Positions 47,039 through 56,985 are shown, counted from the first letter of the stretch. The stretch: DNA of 64,000 bases from an uncultured virus (IMG/VR IMGVR_UViG_3300027798_000043) (IMGVR_UViG_3300027798_000043), one strand, 5' to 3'. A program made the numbers and translations. The notes: generated by a model from the sequence alone, not told the origin.

Positions 47039-47286
47039 TATCCTAATTTATCAAGGTCTATATTCCATTCGGTTAACAATTCGTTTATTTTATCAAATAC
47101 TAAATCTACGCCGCCATAAGCGCCACAGTCTTTACCGTTTGCTAAATCTCGATCAAGATCCCACTCACATTTTCTTTTTATATTATGAGATAATTCCCAT
47201 AATAAACCGGCCATAGCGGGTGCCATATTGTGTATAGCAAATTCATAACTATCGTTTGGTAACTTAAATTTAATTGTTGCTTTCAT
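47038..47286 (-). CDS. Hypothetical protein (paralogue of 44485-44736)
   Basis: Shared MKA...F.LP.D..EF N-terminus and ...NIDL/IDKL C-terminus. Confidence 0.7.
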   Translation of the reverse strand: MKATIKFKLPNDSYEFAIHNMAPAMAGLLWELSHNIKRKCEWDLDRDLANGKDCGAYGGVDLVFDKINELLTEWNIDLDKLG

Positions 47287-47287
47287 A

Positions 47288-47761
47288 TTAGTTAGGTCTT
47301 GTTCTTATTTCTTCGTTACTATTTCGTATTTTTATTTTTTCAGCTTCGTAATAATTCCAGTAAGCAGTTACGCTGTCACCGGGAACTTTGTATTCATCAG
47401 GCATACATTGAGGCATTGGCGTGGCGCCGAGGTTTAACATACCTCCGGGTATATTACTTAATACATCTTCGCACTTTGTTATAGTTAAATGCTTTTTGCC
47501 GTAACGTTTGGTATACTCTTCGCCAAGCGCTAGCATGTGAAAGTACAGCCATGCGTAATTGTCAGCAGATTCTCGTGCCCATATAGCTGACGGATGATTT
47601 TTATGGGTCATCTTGTATGGTACATCTGCATCATCGCCATCTAACATAATATGGGCAGTACATAATAATTGTGCGGATTCTAAGATCATTTTTACAACGT
47701 GCTTATTGTACATCATTGTAGCCGCTTTGTCAGGATCTTTGTCTAAATAGAATATATTCAT
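47288..47761 (-). CDS. Pyrimidine-dimer DNA glycosylase (DenV)-like family protein
   Basis: MNIFYLD..P..AA....KHVVKMILESAQLL, YK.THKNHPS.IWAR, EY..RYGK.H, PQCMPDEY. Confidence 0.7.
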   Translation of the reverse strand: MNIFYLDKDPDKAATMMYNKHVVKMILESAQLLCTAHIMLDGDDADVPYKMTHKNHPSAIWARESADNYAWLYFHMLALGEEYTKRYGKKHLTITKCEDVLSNIPGGMLNLGATPMPQCMPDEYKVPGDSVTAYWNYYEAEKIKIRNSNEEIRTRPN

Positions 47762-47955
47762 AGTTTGTTTGTTTATTATATTATCAAAGTTGATTCGTGT
47801 TCAGTCTGTAAGTTGCTGATTGTAGCTTTTTATTATGTTTATACAGTCGATTACCCCTACAATATGAACAACTGCCATTATTTCTACAGGATCTATCAAA
47901 TACTCTTGATTTTCTGTACGCTTGTTTTACTGTTCTGCTCATAGTATTTAATTTA

Positions 47956-48267
47956 GGAACTAAAAGGGGAATCGAACCCCAAAACCCGTCGGTTGTGCCA
48001 GTAATCTTCTGTCCTTCACTTAGCTCTTGTTAACCCGGGAGGCGTCGTAAATTTTTGACCCCATATTTCAGGGGCAACCACAGCGCTACTGTTGGAATTA
48101 ATTCATGCGACCCTGAGCGATTAACATATCGTTGTATCTTTTAATTCTGCCACGACCAATGCAAGAATCGACCGGGGGCACCCCAATCCCATAATTCAGA
48201 ATTATGTGCTGTTTCCCACAAAACACAACCTCTACACTACCTTACCGATCGGATCAGCAGGACAATT
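47956..48267 (-). ncRNA. Putative ~310-nt structured RNA with tRNA-like 3' end
   Basis: ORF-free, GC-richer; GGGG-TTCGATT-CCCC T-arm; GAGCTAA/TTAGTTC acceptor-like pairing; TGTCCT/AGGACA long-range pairing. Confidence 0.55.
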
Positions 48268-48278
48268 GTGTATAGCAA

Positions 48279-48887
48279 TTAGTGGATAATTAGACCCACT
48301 TTGTTAGTTTTGTTGAACCATCTAGTAGCATATAAATCTATTTCGCTAGTGTCAATATAGCCAAACTTAAGTAGCTCAGCACTGTTACTAAAGATTCTTG
48401 CGTGACGATCAACTTCTAAGTCAACCATGTGTTTTTGTTTACCAGACATACTATAGATAACGTCATAGTTTTCAGGTAAAGTTACTTCTTTAAATAGTTC
48501 AACCATATTAGTGTAACTGTAAAACCTAACGTTGGGATTATTTTTAGCGATCTCAATCCACTTCTGTAGATATTCTCTGCTATAGTAATCGCCGGAGTCG
48601 TGAACCCTCACATACTGAGGCTTCTTCTTCTGAATTTCCGCATTCATCTCAACTATGAAATCTGATGTTTTGGTTAACTCGTATCTTCTCTCAAACGCAG
48701 GTTTTACATTACCCCATATATACGCGCCCTTTTTAGCGTAACAAAACTTTACGCACTCATCAGCCATAGGACATGTTAATTTACCAGATGCGGATTTATA
48801 TGCGGGTATACCGAAGTTAAATACTTTAAGACCTAATACTTTGCTAGTCTTTTTTAATTTGGAATTCTGAGTGAGTAAGCTTGCCAT
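48279..48887 (-). CDS. Gp88-like protein (Cys-triad, radical-SAM-related)
   Basis: LLTQNSKL.KT, TCPMADECVKFCYA, VRVHDSGDYY, RFYSYT. Confidence 0.7.
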   Translation of the reverse strand: MASLLTQNSKLKKTSKVLGLKVFNFGIPAYKSASGKLTCPMADECVKFCYAKKGAYIWGNVKPAFERRYELTKTSDFIVEMNAEIQKKKPQYVRVHDSGDYYSREYLQKWIEIAKNNPNVRFYSYTNMVELFKEVTLPENYDVIYSMSGKQKHMVDLEVDRHARIFSNSAELLKFGYIDTSEIDLYATRWFNKTNKVGLIIH

Positions 48888-48889
48888 TG

Positions 48890-49165
48890 TTAGTTAAATT
48901 TAATTGTTACGCCATTAGCTTTGATTCTTAAGATGCTTGCCAATGTTACCATTCTGTAGCTATCATCGTCCATTGAAAATACTTTCAATAAGTTGTAATT
49001 TTTAGGGTTATAAGCTAGCCCTTTACCTGTAAGATTTTTAGCCACGCCAAATCTAGCGTTGAAAGATCTTCTTGTACCATCTTTTTTAATAAAAGCGATG
49101 TTGAATATTCTACCTGTATCTCCTACAAGTTCATGAATAAATTGTGCTGTTTTTAAGTTTTTCAT
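48890..49165 (-). CDS. WYL-like SH3/Sm-fold protein
   Basis: FNIAFIKKDGTRR.FNAR...VFSMD...YRMV. Confidence 0.55.
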   Translation of the reverse strand: MKNLKTAQFIHELVGDTGRIFNIAFIKKDGTRRSFNARFGVAKNLTGKGLAYNPKNYNLLKVFSMDDDSYRMVTLASILRIKANGVTIKFN

Positions 49166-49224
49166 TTTTAATTTATTTTAGTTACATTTATATTATCAAT
49201 TGTTATTCGTATCCGTTTTGTAGA

Positions 49225-52200
49225 TTAATCCAATAATACCATATAAGCATCAGGATTTGCACGTCTAAACCAATCTAACGCTTTAACAAGGGTTTGATCT
49301 TGTTTGCCTACATATACACAACCCATAATGAAGTCATACATACTTAATTCTGCAGGTGTTAAATCTATGCTGTAGCCGCTGAATGGATTAGTAACTTCGC
49401 TGCCGTCAGTGTATAGCATACCGTTGAACCATTTTGGTAGTAGCTGCTCTTTAATTTCTTTGCTCATTGATTTCTTGTTTTGCTTGTTCACTAATTTGTT
49501 CACTAATCGCTCCAATATGGAATTCTACTGATTCATCTTCAGACAACTGTCTATATTCTTTCCAATCATATATGGTAAATACATCACCATCTTCAGTCTC
49601 GCAATCCCATTCGAAGTTAACTTTATCTTCACCATAGTTATCTTCAAAGCTTGGGTTACCAAATAATTCTTTTAACTTAGCTACCGTGGTAGTTATCGTA
49701 GTGCTATAAAAGCTTGTGCCATTTATACTTTTATTTGTTACTTTTGCCATTATTGTTTATGTTTTTTAAGTGTTAAGTCGTCTACTGTGTTTGTTATTTG
49801 TTTTACCATTTGTTCTAAATAAGCTACAGTAAATATACCGCGCCCGCCTGTAGCTTCGTGCTCATTAATATCATTACTCCATTCTTTAAGTAATATTTGT
49901 AGTCCTTCCTTTAAAAACCACGCTTCCTGACCATTTAATTTTTTCATAGTTGTTATGTTAAAACGATTCTTAATTTACTATCTTCAGTTTCGCCGGTTAG
50001 CATTTGTCTTTCATTGTCAAATACTAAATCAACTTTTAATTTTTTAGCAGCACTCAATGTATTGGGATTGATATGCCCTTGTAAACTGATTTCATCTTTA
50101 TGAACCCATACGTTTATAGAATAGAAATCTTCAAATTCTATAGATTTAGATAAAGTAGCAAATCTACCGACTAAATTAATTTTTTTAGTTAAATCACTCA
50201 TAGTTGTTATATTTTATTGGTTACATTATTATTATCAATTGTTATTCGTATCCAGTCTGTAGAACTGATCTAATACTAATTGCTCAAGCTTCTCTAATAG
50301 CTCATCATCAAGATCATCATCATCAAAGATAATAGTTATTTCTTCGTCACGTTCATATTTACGATCTCCTCTTATAATTAATACGCCTTCGTAAGTTTCA
50401 CCGCCAATTGTTACTTCACCGCCGGGTAATGTTATTTCTTCAGCATCCAAAGTTACATCAAAATAATAACGATCTACTGTCCTGCTAGAGGAATGGCTTA
50501 TGTCTACTATGTTTTTCATTACTGTATTACTTTTATAAATTGTCCGTTTTTATCGTATAATATGTTTAATTCTAATTCGTGATCTACTGTATCGATCATT
50601 GCGTTAATATCTTGGAACTGTAGACCAAGAGAAAATTCTTCAGCCGTTAATTGCATACCGCGGTAGTGTATAGCATAGTCATACAAGAGTTGTGGGTTAA
50701 CTACTCGGCCGTTGCGCATTGCAATCCATTTACTTTTTATTTCGTCTTTTACCATAGCTTAGTTCTAATCTTAAATAATTATTATATACTCTGTTATATC
50801 CTTCAACCATTTTCTCATTGCTGCAATACTCTACATTTTGTATTATATTCCGCATCCATGAGTTAAACTTGTCGGTTTCTTTAATTGCTAATTGTTCTAT
50901 AGTCATGTTAGTCTTCTTTAAGTAACCAGGTTATTAATTGTTTTTTATCGTCAAATACAAAGACCTCAGGGCTCTGTTTTAACGCTTGTCTTACAAACTC
51001 ACGTTTAGTTGGTTTTGTCCAAGAGTACGCTACAGATAAGTCGTTAAGGGACATTGCTGCAAACGAATCTTCATCTTTCTTAACAACGATATTCTTGGGA
51101 CCGTTATTCCATTTAATACCAACATTACAACTGTCAGTTACTTCTGTTATATCAATGTTTTCCGCATCAAAATGTACTACTCTTTTCATATTAATATTTT
51201 TCTTTAATTTCGGTTAATGTTAGGTTATAGTGATTCCATAATTTTGTTCTACTAAATGCACTCGCTTTCGCGCCATAAGAAGACTTCATCTTCGTTTTAA
51301 CTTGTTTATAGTCATCGCTATTAAACTGTTTGCACATGCCATCAGTATTTACGGCATTGATCCTGTTCGCTCGGTTATGTGCTTTCTTTTCTTCAAGATA
51401 TTGGCACGCTTCTTTCATATTGTTCGCTATTACTATCATTAGTCTTTGATTATATAGGTTAAACCGTTTAAATTGAACCACTCAGAGTAGCCGTCTTGAT
51501 CTTCGTCATTAGTTATAAATCCGAACTTTGAGGGTAGATCACCGACAAGATATGACGTGTATAGCACACCGTTTAGTTTAATAAAATTGTTCTTTAAAAA
51601 CTTGATTGATTTTTTTTCTTTGTTCATAGTTGTTTAGTATTGGTTACATTATTATTATCAAACTTAATTCGTATTCGTTCTGTAAAGGTTATTGATTTGC
51701 TAACGCTATTGCTAGTTCTTCGTGTATTTCGTCGATCATTCTTAGTATGTGGTATGATGCATGTACTTGATGGTTATCATTGCATCTTAAGGCATCAGCG
51801 AGTACATCTGTATGCTCGTCTTTTAAGTGGTCAATAGCCACTTGAATTACATTAGCTTCTTGTTTTGTTATTGTTATAACCATAGTGTTTAGTCGTTTAA
51901 GTATTCGGTTAAAGCATAGTTAAATGCAGATTCTAATAAATTTAATTCGCAGATCTCGCCAATTCGTTTGTTTACTAATATACATTCAGCATCAGTGAAT
52001 ATAGCTTTGTCTGTTTTGTCGATCACGTCAGCCGGATCGTCTTCAAAGTGAAATAATCTATCGTTTAATACTAGATTGTCGACGAAAGACTTCATGTCAG
52101 CTGAAGACTTAATTTGCTTGTTTAAGAATATCATAGTAGTTTGTTTTAGTTACATCAATATTATCAAATCTAATTCGTATTCGTTTTGTAAGGGTGTTAT

Positions 52201-55200
52201 ATTGCCATGATGTCAGTGCAATCAAAGTCTTCCCAGTCTAATACGATTTCAGCTTTACTGTATTGATCGGTGACAATGTCAACCGCTGTTTGTTCGTCAA
52301 CAGCATCGATGTATAGCACTCTAGATGCCGTTTCTACAATTCTAATTTTATATTCCATATTAATCTTTATATTTTACATCCGCCATAAAGCTAGCGCACG
52401 CTATGTTACTTAATCTTTTTAATTCCGCATAGTACTCGGCATTAACAGTCTTATCAACAATCCAATCAACTAATTTACCATAGTCATCGGTGTGATATGT
52501 TGAATTCTCAATATTACATTTGTACATTTGTCGATCCGGAAAATACGGATTAATATACTCTACAATTTGGTTATCTCCTATCATACTTTATTTTTTATAA
52601 ATTATCATTTCATATTTATTAGGTATATTTTCAAAATATAATCCACTTGCATTTAATATTGACTCATAGTATTTATAGTGTTCAGCTAAGGTTGTATAAC
52701 CTAAAGTATATTCACCACTATTAATAGGTTCGATATTTATAAATCCTAAGTAACCATCGTCACTTCGATCAAATTGGAAATCATTTCTTATAATTCCAAT
52801 ACACTCACACACTAATCTATCTATACTATTCATCTTCCTCATCATCGTAAAATTCGCAATGTTCCATACAATCTGGACATAATCCATACTCTTCCATGTC
52901 GGTGTATGCACCGCAACAATCACTTACTAAACTCATATTTTCTATTTTTTATTTATTATATTTGTTATATTCTATATCTTGTAGTGCATTCTGATTTATC
53001 TGCATTTATATGGTATTTATTTGCTCATTTGTTAGCGAATTTCGCCACATTTGTATGTATTCTTCTTCTTCAGGGTATTCCGCCAAAGAACCTTTGTTAT
53101 TAGAGTTCATAAATTCTTCGCCAAACATATAGGTAAAGTACTCTTTTTCAGTCATTCCATAGTAATCTTGCATAGTAGAATTAGTTATTGTTAGTTACAC
53201 TTATATTATCAAATCAATCTCGTATTCGTTTTGTAAGGGTGGATAGATGTTTAATCGATTTTAAAGAGATAATGGTATAATCCCTGACTTCACTAAGCCT
53301 TAGTCATTTCGGTACGATACATAAGCCCAGATTGCCTGGTTGATACGGTCGAGTTCGCATTTGCCTCCGAGGTAACGGTGTATAGCATTGTAGAACTTAG
53401 TTAGTTCGACGCAATTCTTGCAAAAGTACATTTTAAAGATGTCAATTTCTTCGCCTTGCATGAAATTTAGTCCAACAATATCGTCTCCTACTTTTTCGAT
53501 GTAGACATAGCGGTCATCTTGGTTGCACCATACGATCTCTTTACTCTCAATAATCTTGTATTCACTCATAGTAGTTGTTTTTAGTTACATCATTATTATC
53601 AAAAGTCATTCGTGTTCGTTTTGTAAGCGGTGCTATACACGTTTTACTTCGAAAACGGTGAGAAATGATCGTTTTACCTCAAATTTGGGTATGTTGTAGG
53701 ACGGAGTCTACTCTTCCGGCGCTATCTCAAAGCCAGGCTAACATAGTGTATAGCAAAAAGAGTGACATTAGCTGCTTATAACTACTAATAGCAGGCTAAC
53801 GTCGCTGTTTTTTATGTGTTATTCGTTATCTTTATCGATCATTTGCTTCAATTTACCTTCGAGCATTACGGTGCCGACTGTTCGATCGTAGTCACGTACT
53901 TCGATGCAATTATCGATTACTGTGAATTGATATTCCGTAGCGTCTTTTGGCGTGTATAGCACAACCGTAGTTACAATAGTTCCGATTAGCATTCCAATTA
54001 TTAGTTTCATAGTTGTTTATTTCATAGTTGTTTATTTTAGATTCATTATTATTATCAATTGTACTTCGTATTCGTTCTGTAAGTGTATAGCATCCCCGTA
54101 GGGAGCCAAAGCAGTCTAACTTAGACTTGCTTCAGCATCTTGAAATTCTTTTGAATTTTCATTGATTTCAACTTCAACTTCAATTGTTGCATTCTTGATT
54201 GATAATTCAACAACTTCTAGATTTTCAATGTTAGCTAGATGTCTGACATTACTTGGCATATCAGTAGATTGTGACCAGTATTGTCTTTTAATCCAACATG
54301 GCATTATTGATAGCTTTGGTAGCATGACTTTTAATACTTCATCATGATTGTAAGTTACTTTCTGATTTTTGTTGTTGATGAAAGTTATTACTTGATTTCG
54401 GCCAAGCCAATTCTTTCTGACTACGAAGTTAGCTCGTTCGATCGGCGGATAGATTAAAGCCAAGTCAGCAGTTGATAATTTAGCGATCGCTTGTTGTAAT
54501 AATTCTTGATTGTTCATAGTTGTTTAATTTAAAGTTTATATTATTATTTGTTAGTTACATTATTATTATCAAAGTCTGTTCGTATCTAGACTGTAAGAAG
54601 TTGTATAGCATTTTTATTCTATTATAGTTAAGTCAACTATTATTTGTTCAGTTTCTGGATCAAAAATATATTTGATTTTATTATTGTTTAAATAGTTCAG
54701 TAAGTCAGTTCTAGTTTCTTCGTTCATATTGTTTGTTTTTATATTCATTATTATTATCAAATTCAATTCGTATTGGTTTTGTAAGTTACTTTATTTTTAT
54801 TTAGATTAGTTTGTTACTTTGTTACTTACATATATATTATCAAATACCATTCGTATTCAGACTGTAAATGCTATACACGAGCTCCGCTCGCAAGCTCGCA
54901 CGGTCCCGGCTGCCAATTCCATCGAGTGGAGTAAAAAGGTCCCGATTAAAGGACCGAATTCCGTTATGTTAGTTCAGTGCTGGATCGAACTCTTCGGAGT
55001 CAACCCATGCCCAGTACGAAGCTCCTTGTCGGGTCTCATCCCACTTGCACATGCCTGAGATCGCGAAGTTGTGCGTGATGCACGTTTGGACCCAGTCCTG
55101 GCCGAATTGCCATCTTGTTTCCTCGATCATGTCGAGTCTCGTTTGTGGATGTAGATCATTTAATCTTTTCATGCGATGTATTCGTTTAGTTGGTTTAATT

Positions 55201-55226
55201 GTTCTTGAGTTAGGCTTGATCTCCAC
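49225..55226 (-). other. Cluster of short hypothetical early ORFs
   Basis: 49225-49467, 49451-49750, 49750-49947, 49953-50201, 50235-50519, 50519-50755, 50908-51189, 51191-51420, 51439-51627, 51689-51883, 51889-52134, 52360-52584, 52588-52832, 53300-53569, 53819-54010, 54116-54517, 54969-55283; co-oriented, many with AAACAACTATG-type starts and preceded by the promoter motif; some starts uncertain. Confidence 0.75.
53762..53805. promoter_or_regulatory. Inverted-repeat site copy 2 (GTGACATTAGC-N22-GCTAACGTCGC)
   Basis: Intergenic; 6 nt after a GTGTATAGCA copy. Confidence 0.7.
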
Positions 55227-55340
55227 GCTTGTACGTAGACTTCATCTTCTTGATATAGTAATTCTAATTCTTCTTCTGACATTTTGTAGTATTTATTTGT
55301 TACATATATATTATCAAATGTACTTCGTATTCGTCTTGTA

Positions 55341-55873
55341 GGAAATGCTATACGCGTTGCTATACACGCTCAGCGTCGCTCCGCTCCGTGTCGTAACATA
55401 ATGCCACATAGCGCACATAGCCCCGTCATACGGGAATGTATTGTATTACGTACATATAATACCATATCGTACATAATAACGTACACACGGCACGTAGCAG
55501 CAGCTAGCAGCCAGCCCTGGAAAGCCGGAACCGTTCACGGAATCCCACGGGAAAGTCGAAACGATACGCCGAAAGCCGGAATATATTCGGGGACCCGGCA
55601 AAATGAAATGCAATTCCGTTTCCGTTTGGAAAAATGAAAATACGTATATAGCCCCTTAATTATATATATCTGACAATACGCTTTTACCTCCACGCGAGAC
55701 TACGCCGGGCTACTAAAAAATTTTTTATTATATTTTTTTTAGGAACTACTTGTTGTGCTATAATAGCGACATTAGCTAGTTATATTATATAGTAGTAGGC
55801 TAACGTCACTGTTTTACGATGCTGTAAGATTTTGGTTTCTTGCGTGAGTATATAACTATATTAAATTTAAGAT
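55341..55873. other. Non-coding strand-switch region (candidate genome terminus/origin)
   Basis: Divergence point of early and late transcription; GC-richer, short repeats GAAAGCCGGAA (55520, 55571) and CGTACA x3. Confidence 0.5.
55766..55809. promoter_or_regulatory. Inverted-repeat site copy 3 (GCGACATTAGC-N22-GCTAACGTCAC)
   Basis: Upstream of the first + strand late ORF. Confidence 0.7.
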
Positions 55874-56125
55874 ATGGCACAGAAATTATCACCTGCTGCG
55901 GCTAAAGCAAAAGCTGTGCGGGATAAAGCGTTTGCAATGACCGCTGAAAGAAAAGAGAAGAAAGCACATTCCCAAAGGATGCATCGTAAGAACCCTTCTG
56001 CTAAAGGAAAGGACTATGACCATGAGGACGGTAGGTTTGAATCTGTAAAGCAGAATAGGGGTAATGAAGGTGAGGGAACTAAGAAGGAGAGTGGTAAGAA
56101 ATATAAAATAAATAAGAACAAATAG
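55874..56125 (+). CDS. Small basic protein (degenerate HNH-like DYDH...NRG)
   Basis: K/R-rich 83 aa; KGKDYDH...SVKQNRG. Confidence 0.65.
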   Translation: MAQKLSPAAAKAKAVRDKAFAMTAERKEKKAHSQRMHRKNPSAKGKDYDHEDGRFESVKQNRGNEGEGTKKESGKKYKINKNK

Positions 56126-56127
56126 AC

Positions 56128-56349
56128 ATGGCTAAAGTAGTGAAAGGTAGATTAATTCAAGTAGAAAATAAAGAAAGAAAATTTGGTTCGGCTTATTCTT
56201 ACATTGCGGTGCAGGTGGAAGATGAGGACGGGTCTAACGAAAGATGTATTTTATTTACTCAGGATGAAATAGATAATGCTCAAAGTAGAGCAAGCAAGAA
56301 CCCTGAAGACCTTACGAAAAAGGGGTTTTTTACGGACTTATTAGATTAA
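56128..56349 (+). CDS. Hypothetical protein
   Basis: 73-aa ORF coupled to upstream gene. Confidence 0.7.
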   Translation: MAKVVKGRLIQVENKERKFGSAYSYIAVQVEDEDGSNERCILFTQDEIDNAQSRASKNPEDLTKKGFFTDLLD

Positions 56350-56366
56350 CTTTAATATTTAAAATA

Positions 56367-56600
56367 ATGATTACGAAAGGCATTGGTCTCCAAGGACTAG
56401 GTATTAAAGGGCATAAAGGTCTTTGGATTGGTGATGCTGGTAATAATAAAAACGCTATGAAAGAAATGATTAAAAGAAAAGATGGTTCTAAATCTGAAAG
56501 AGGATTATGGGACAACGTAAGAGCCAATAAAGGTTCTGGTAAAAAACCAACAAAAGCAATGTTGGCACAAGCAAAGAAAATAGAAAGTAAAAAGAAATAG
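56367..56600 (+). CDS. Small basic protein
   Basis: KRKDGSKSERGLWDNVRANKGSGKKPTKAML. Confidence 0.7.
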   Translation: MITKGIGLQGLGIKGHKGLWIGDAGNNKNAMKEMIKRKDGSKSERGLWDNVRANKGSGKKPTKAMLAQAKKIESKKK

Positions 56601-56723
56601 CATGGCATTTAAACTAAGAAGTCAAAATGGACCTAGGGACCTTACAGTAGGCGTATCTTTGTCTGCCAATAAATATGCCGGCCAAAAGGCAGGTGTAGGC
56701 GCAAGAGTAACTTATAGGTTTTA

Positions 56724-56984
56724 ATGGCTACTCAAAAAGCTATGGGTAAAGGACAGTTGATTGATAGACTATCGGCGCAAGTTGGTAGTCGGGCAATGGC
56801 CATTGGTATACTCAAGAAACGCGGCGACTTAAAAGCAGATGGCAGAACATTAACCACGCATGGTAAAAAACGAAACGCAATGACGGCTGAAGAGCGCGCT
56901 AAAGATAGGGCTTCTAAAGTAACAGGTAAACCGGCAAGTAGTTTCACGTACAACGCATCGACAAATAGAACTAAAAAGAAATAG
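56724..56984 (+). CDS. Small basic protein
   Basis: K/R-rich 86 aa. Confidence 0.7.
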   Translation: MATQKAMGKGQLIDRLSAQVGSRAMAIGILKKRGDLKADGRTLTTHGKKRNAMTAEERAKDRASKVTGKPASSFTYNASTNRTKKK

Positions 56985-56985
56985 C

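Larger units (their letters stand above)
40041..55340 (-). promoter_or_regulatory. 14 copies of promoter-like motif TACA-N6-AYACGA-N7-TTGATAATA (minus strand)
   Basis: + strand TATTATCAA-N7-TCGTRT-N6-TGTA (32 bp) starting at 40041, 44241, 47779, 49191, 50230, 51653, 52159, 53204, 53594, 54050, 54564, 54752, 54835, 55309; nearly all just upstream of minus-strand ORF starts. Confidence 0.85.
27684..55367. repeat. Dispersed 10-mer TGCTATACAC/GTGTATAGCA family
   Basis: Perfect GTGTATAGCA at 38908, 42549, 44079, 46285, 47230, 48268, 49409, 50666, 51557, 53378, 53746, 53952, 54083; perfect TGCTATACAC at 27684, 53631, 54869, 55358; 9/10 at 35157, 52309, 54601, 55346. Confidence 0.9.

Noticed and set aside
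47956..48027. Canonical tRNA gene
   Set aside because: T-arm and acceptor-like pairing are present but there is no proper D/anticodon arm or CCA; kept only as a tRNA-like module
54005..54036. 15-bp tandem duplication TTTCATAGTTGTTTA
   Set aside because: Simple slippage duplication of a start-codon context; no further significance evident
49191..55340. Repeated 32-44 bp motif as a CRISPR array
   Set aside because: Spacing is irregular (83 to >1400 nt), intervening DNA is ORFs, copies are degenerate in fixed blocks like promoters, and no cas genes are present
38908..55367. 10-mer as a DnaA box
   Set aside because: CTATACAC(N) is close to TTATNCACA, but the invariant TGC prefix and variable last base do not fit; not fully excluded
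55401..55637. 78-aa ORF in the strand-switch region
   Set aside because: Atypical composition, repeat-derived, no A-rich start context
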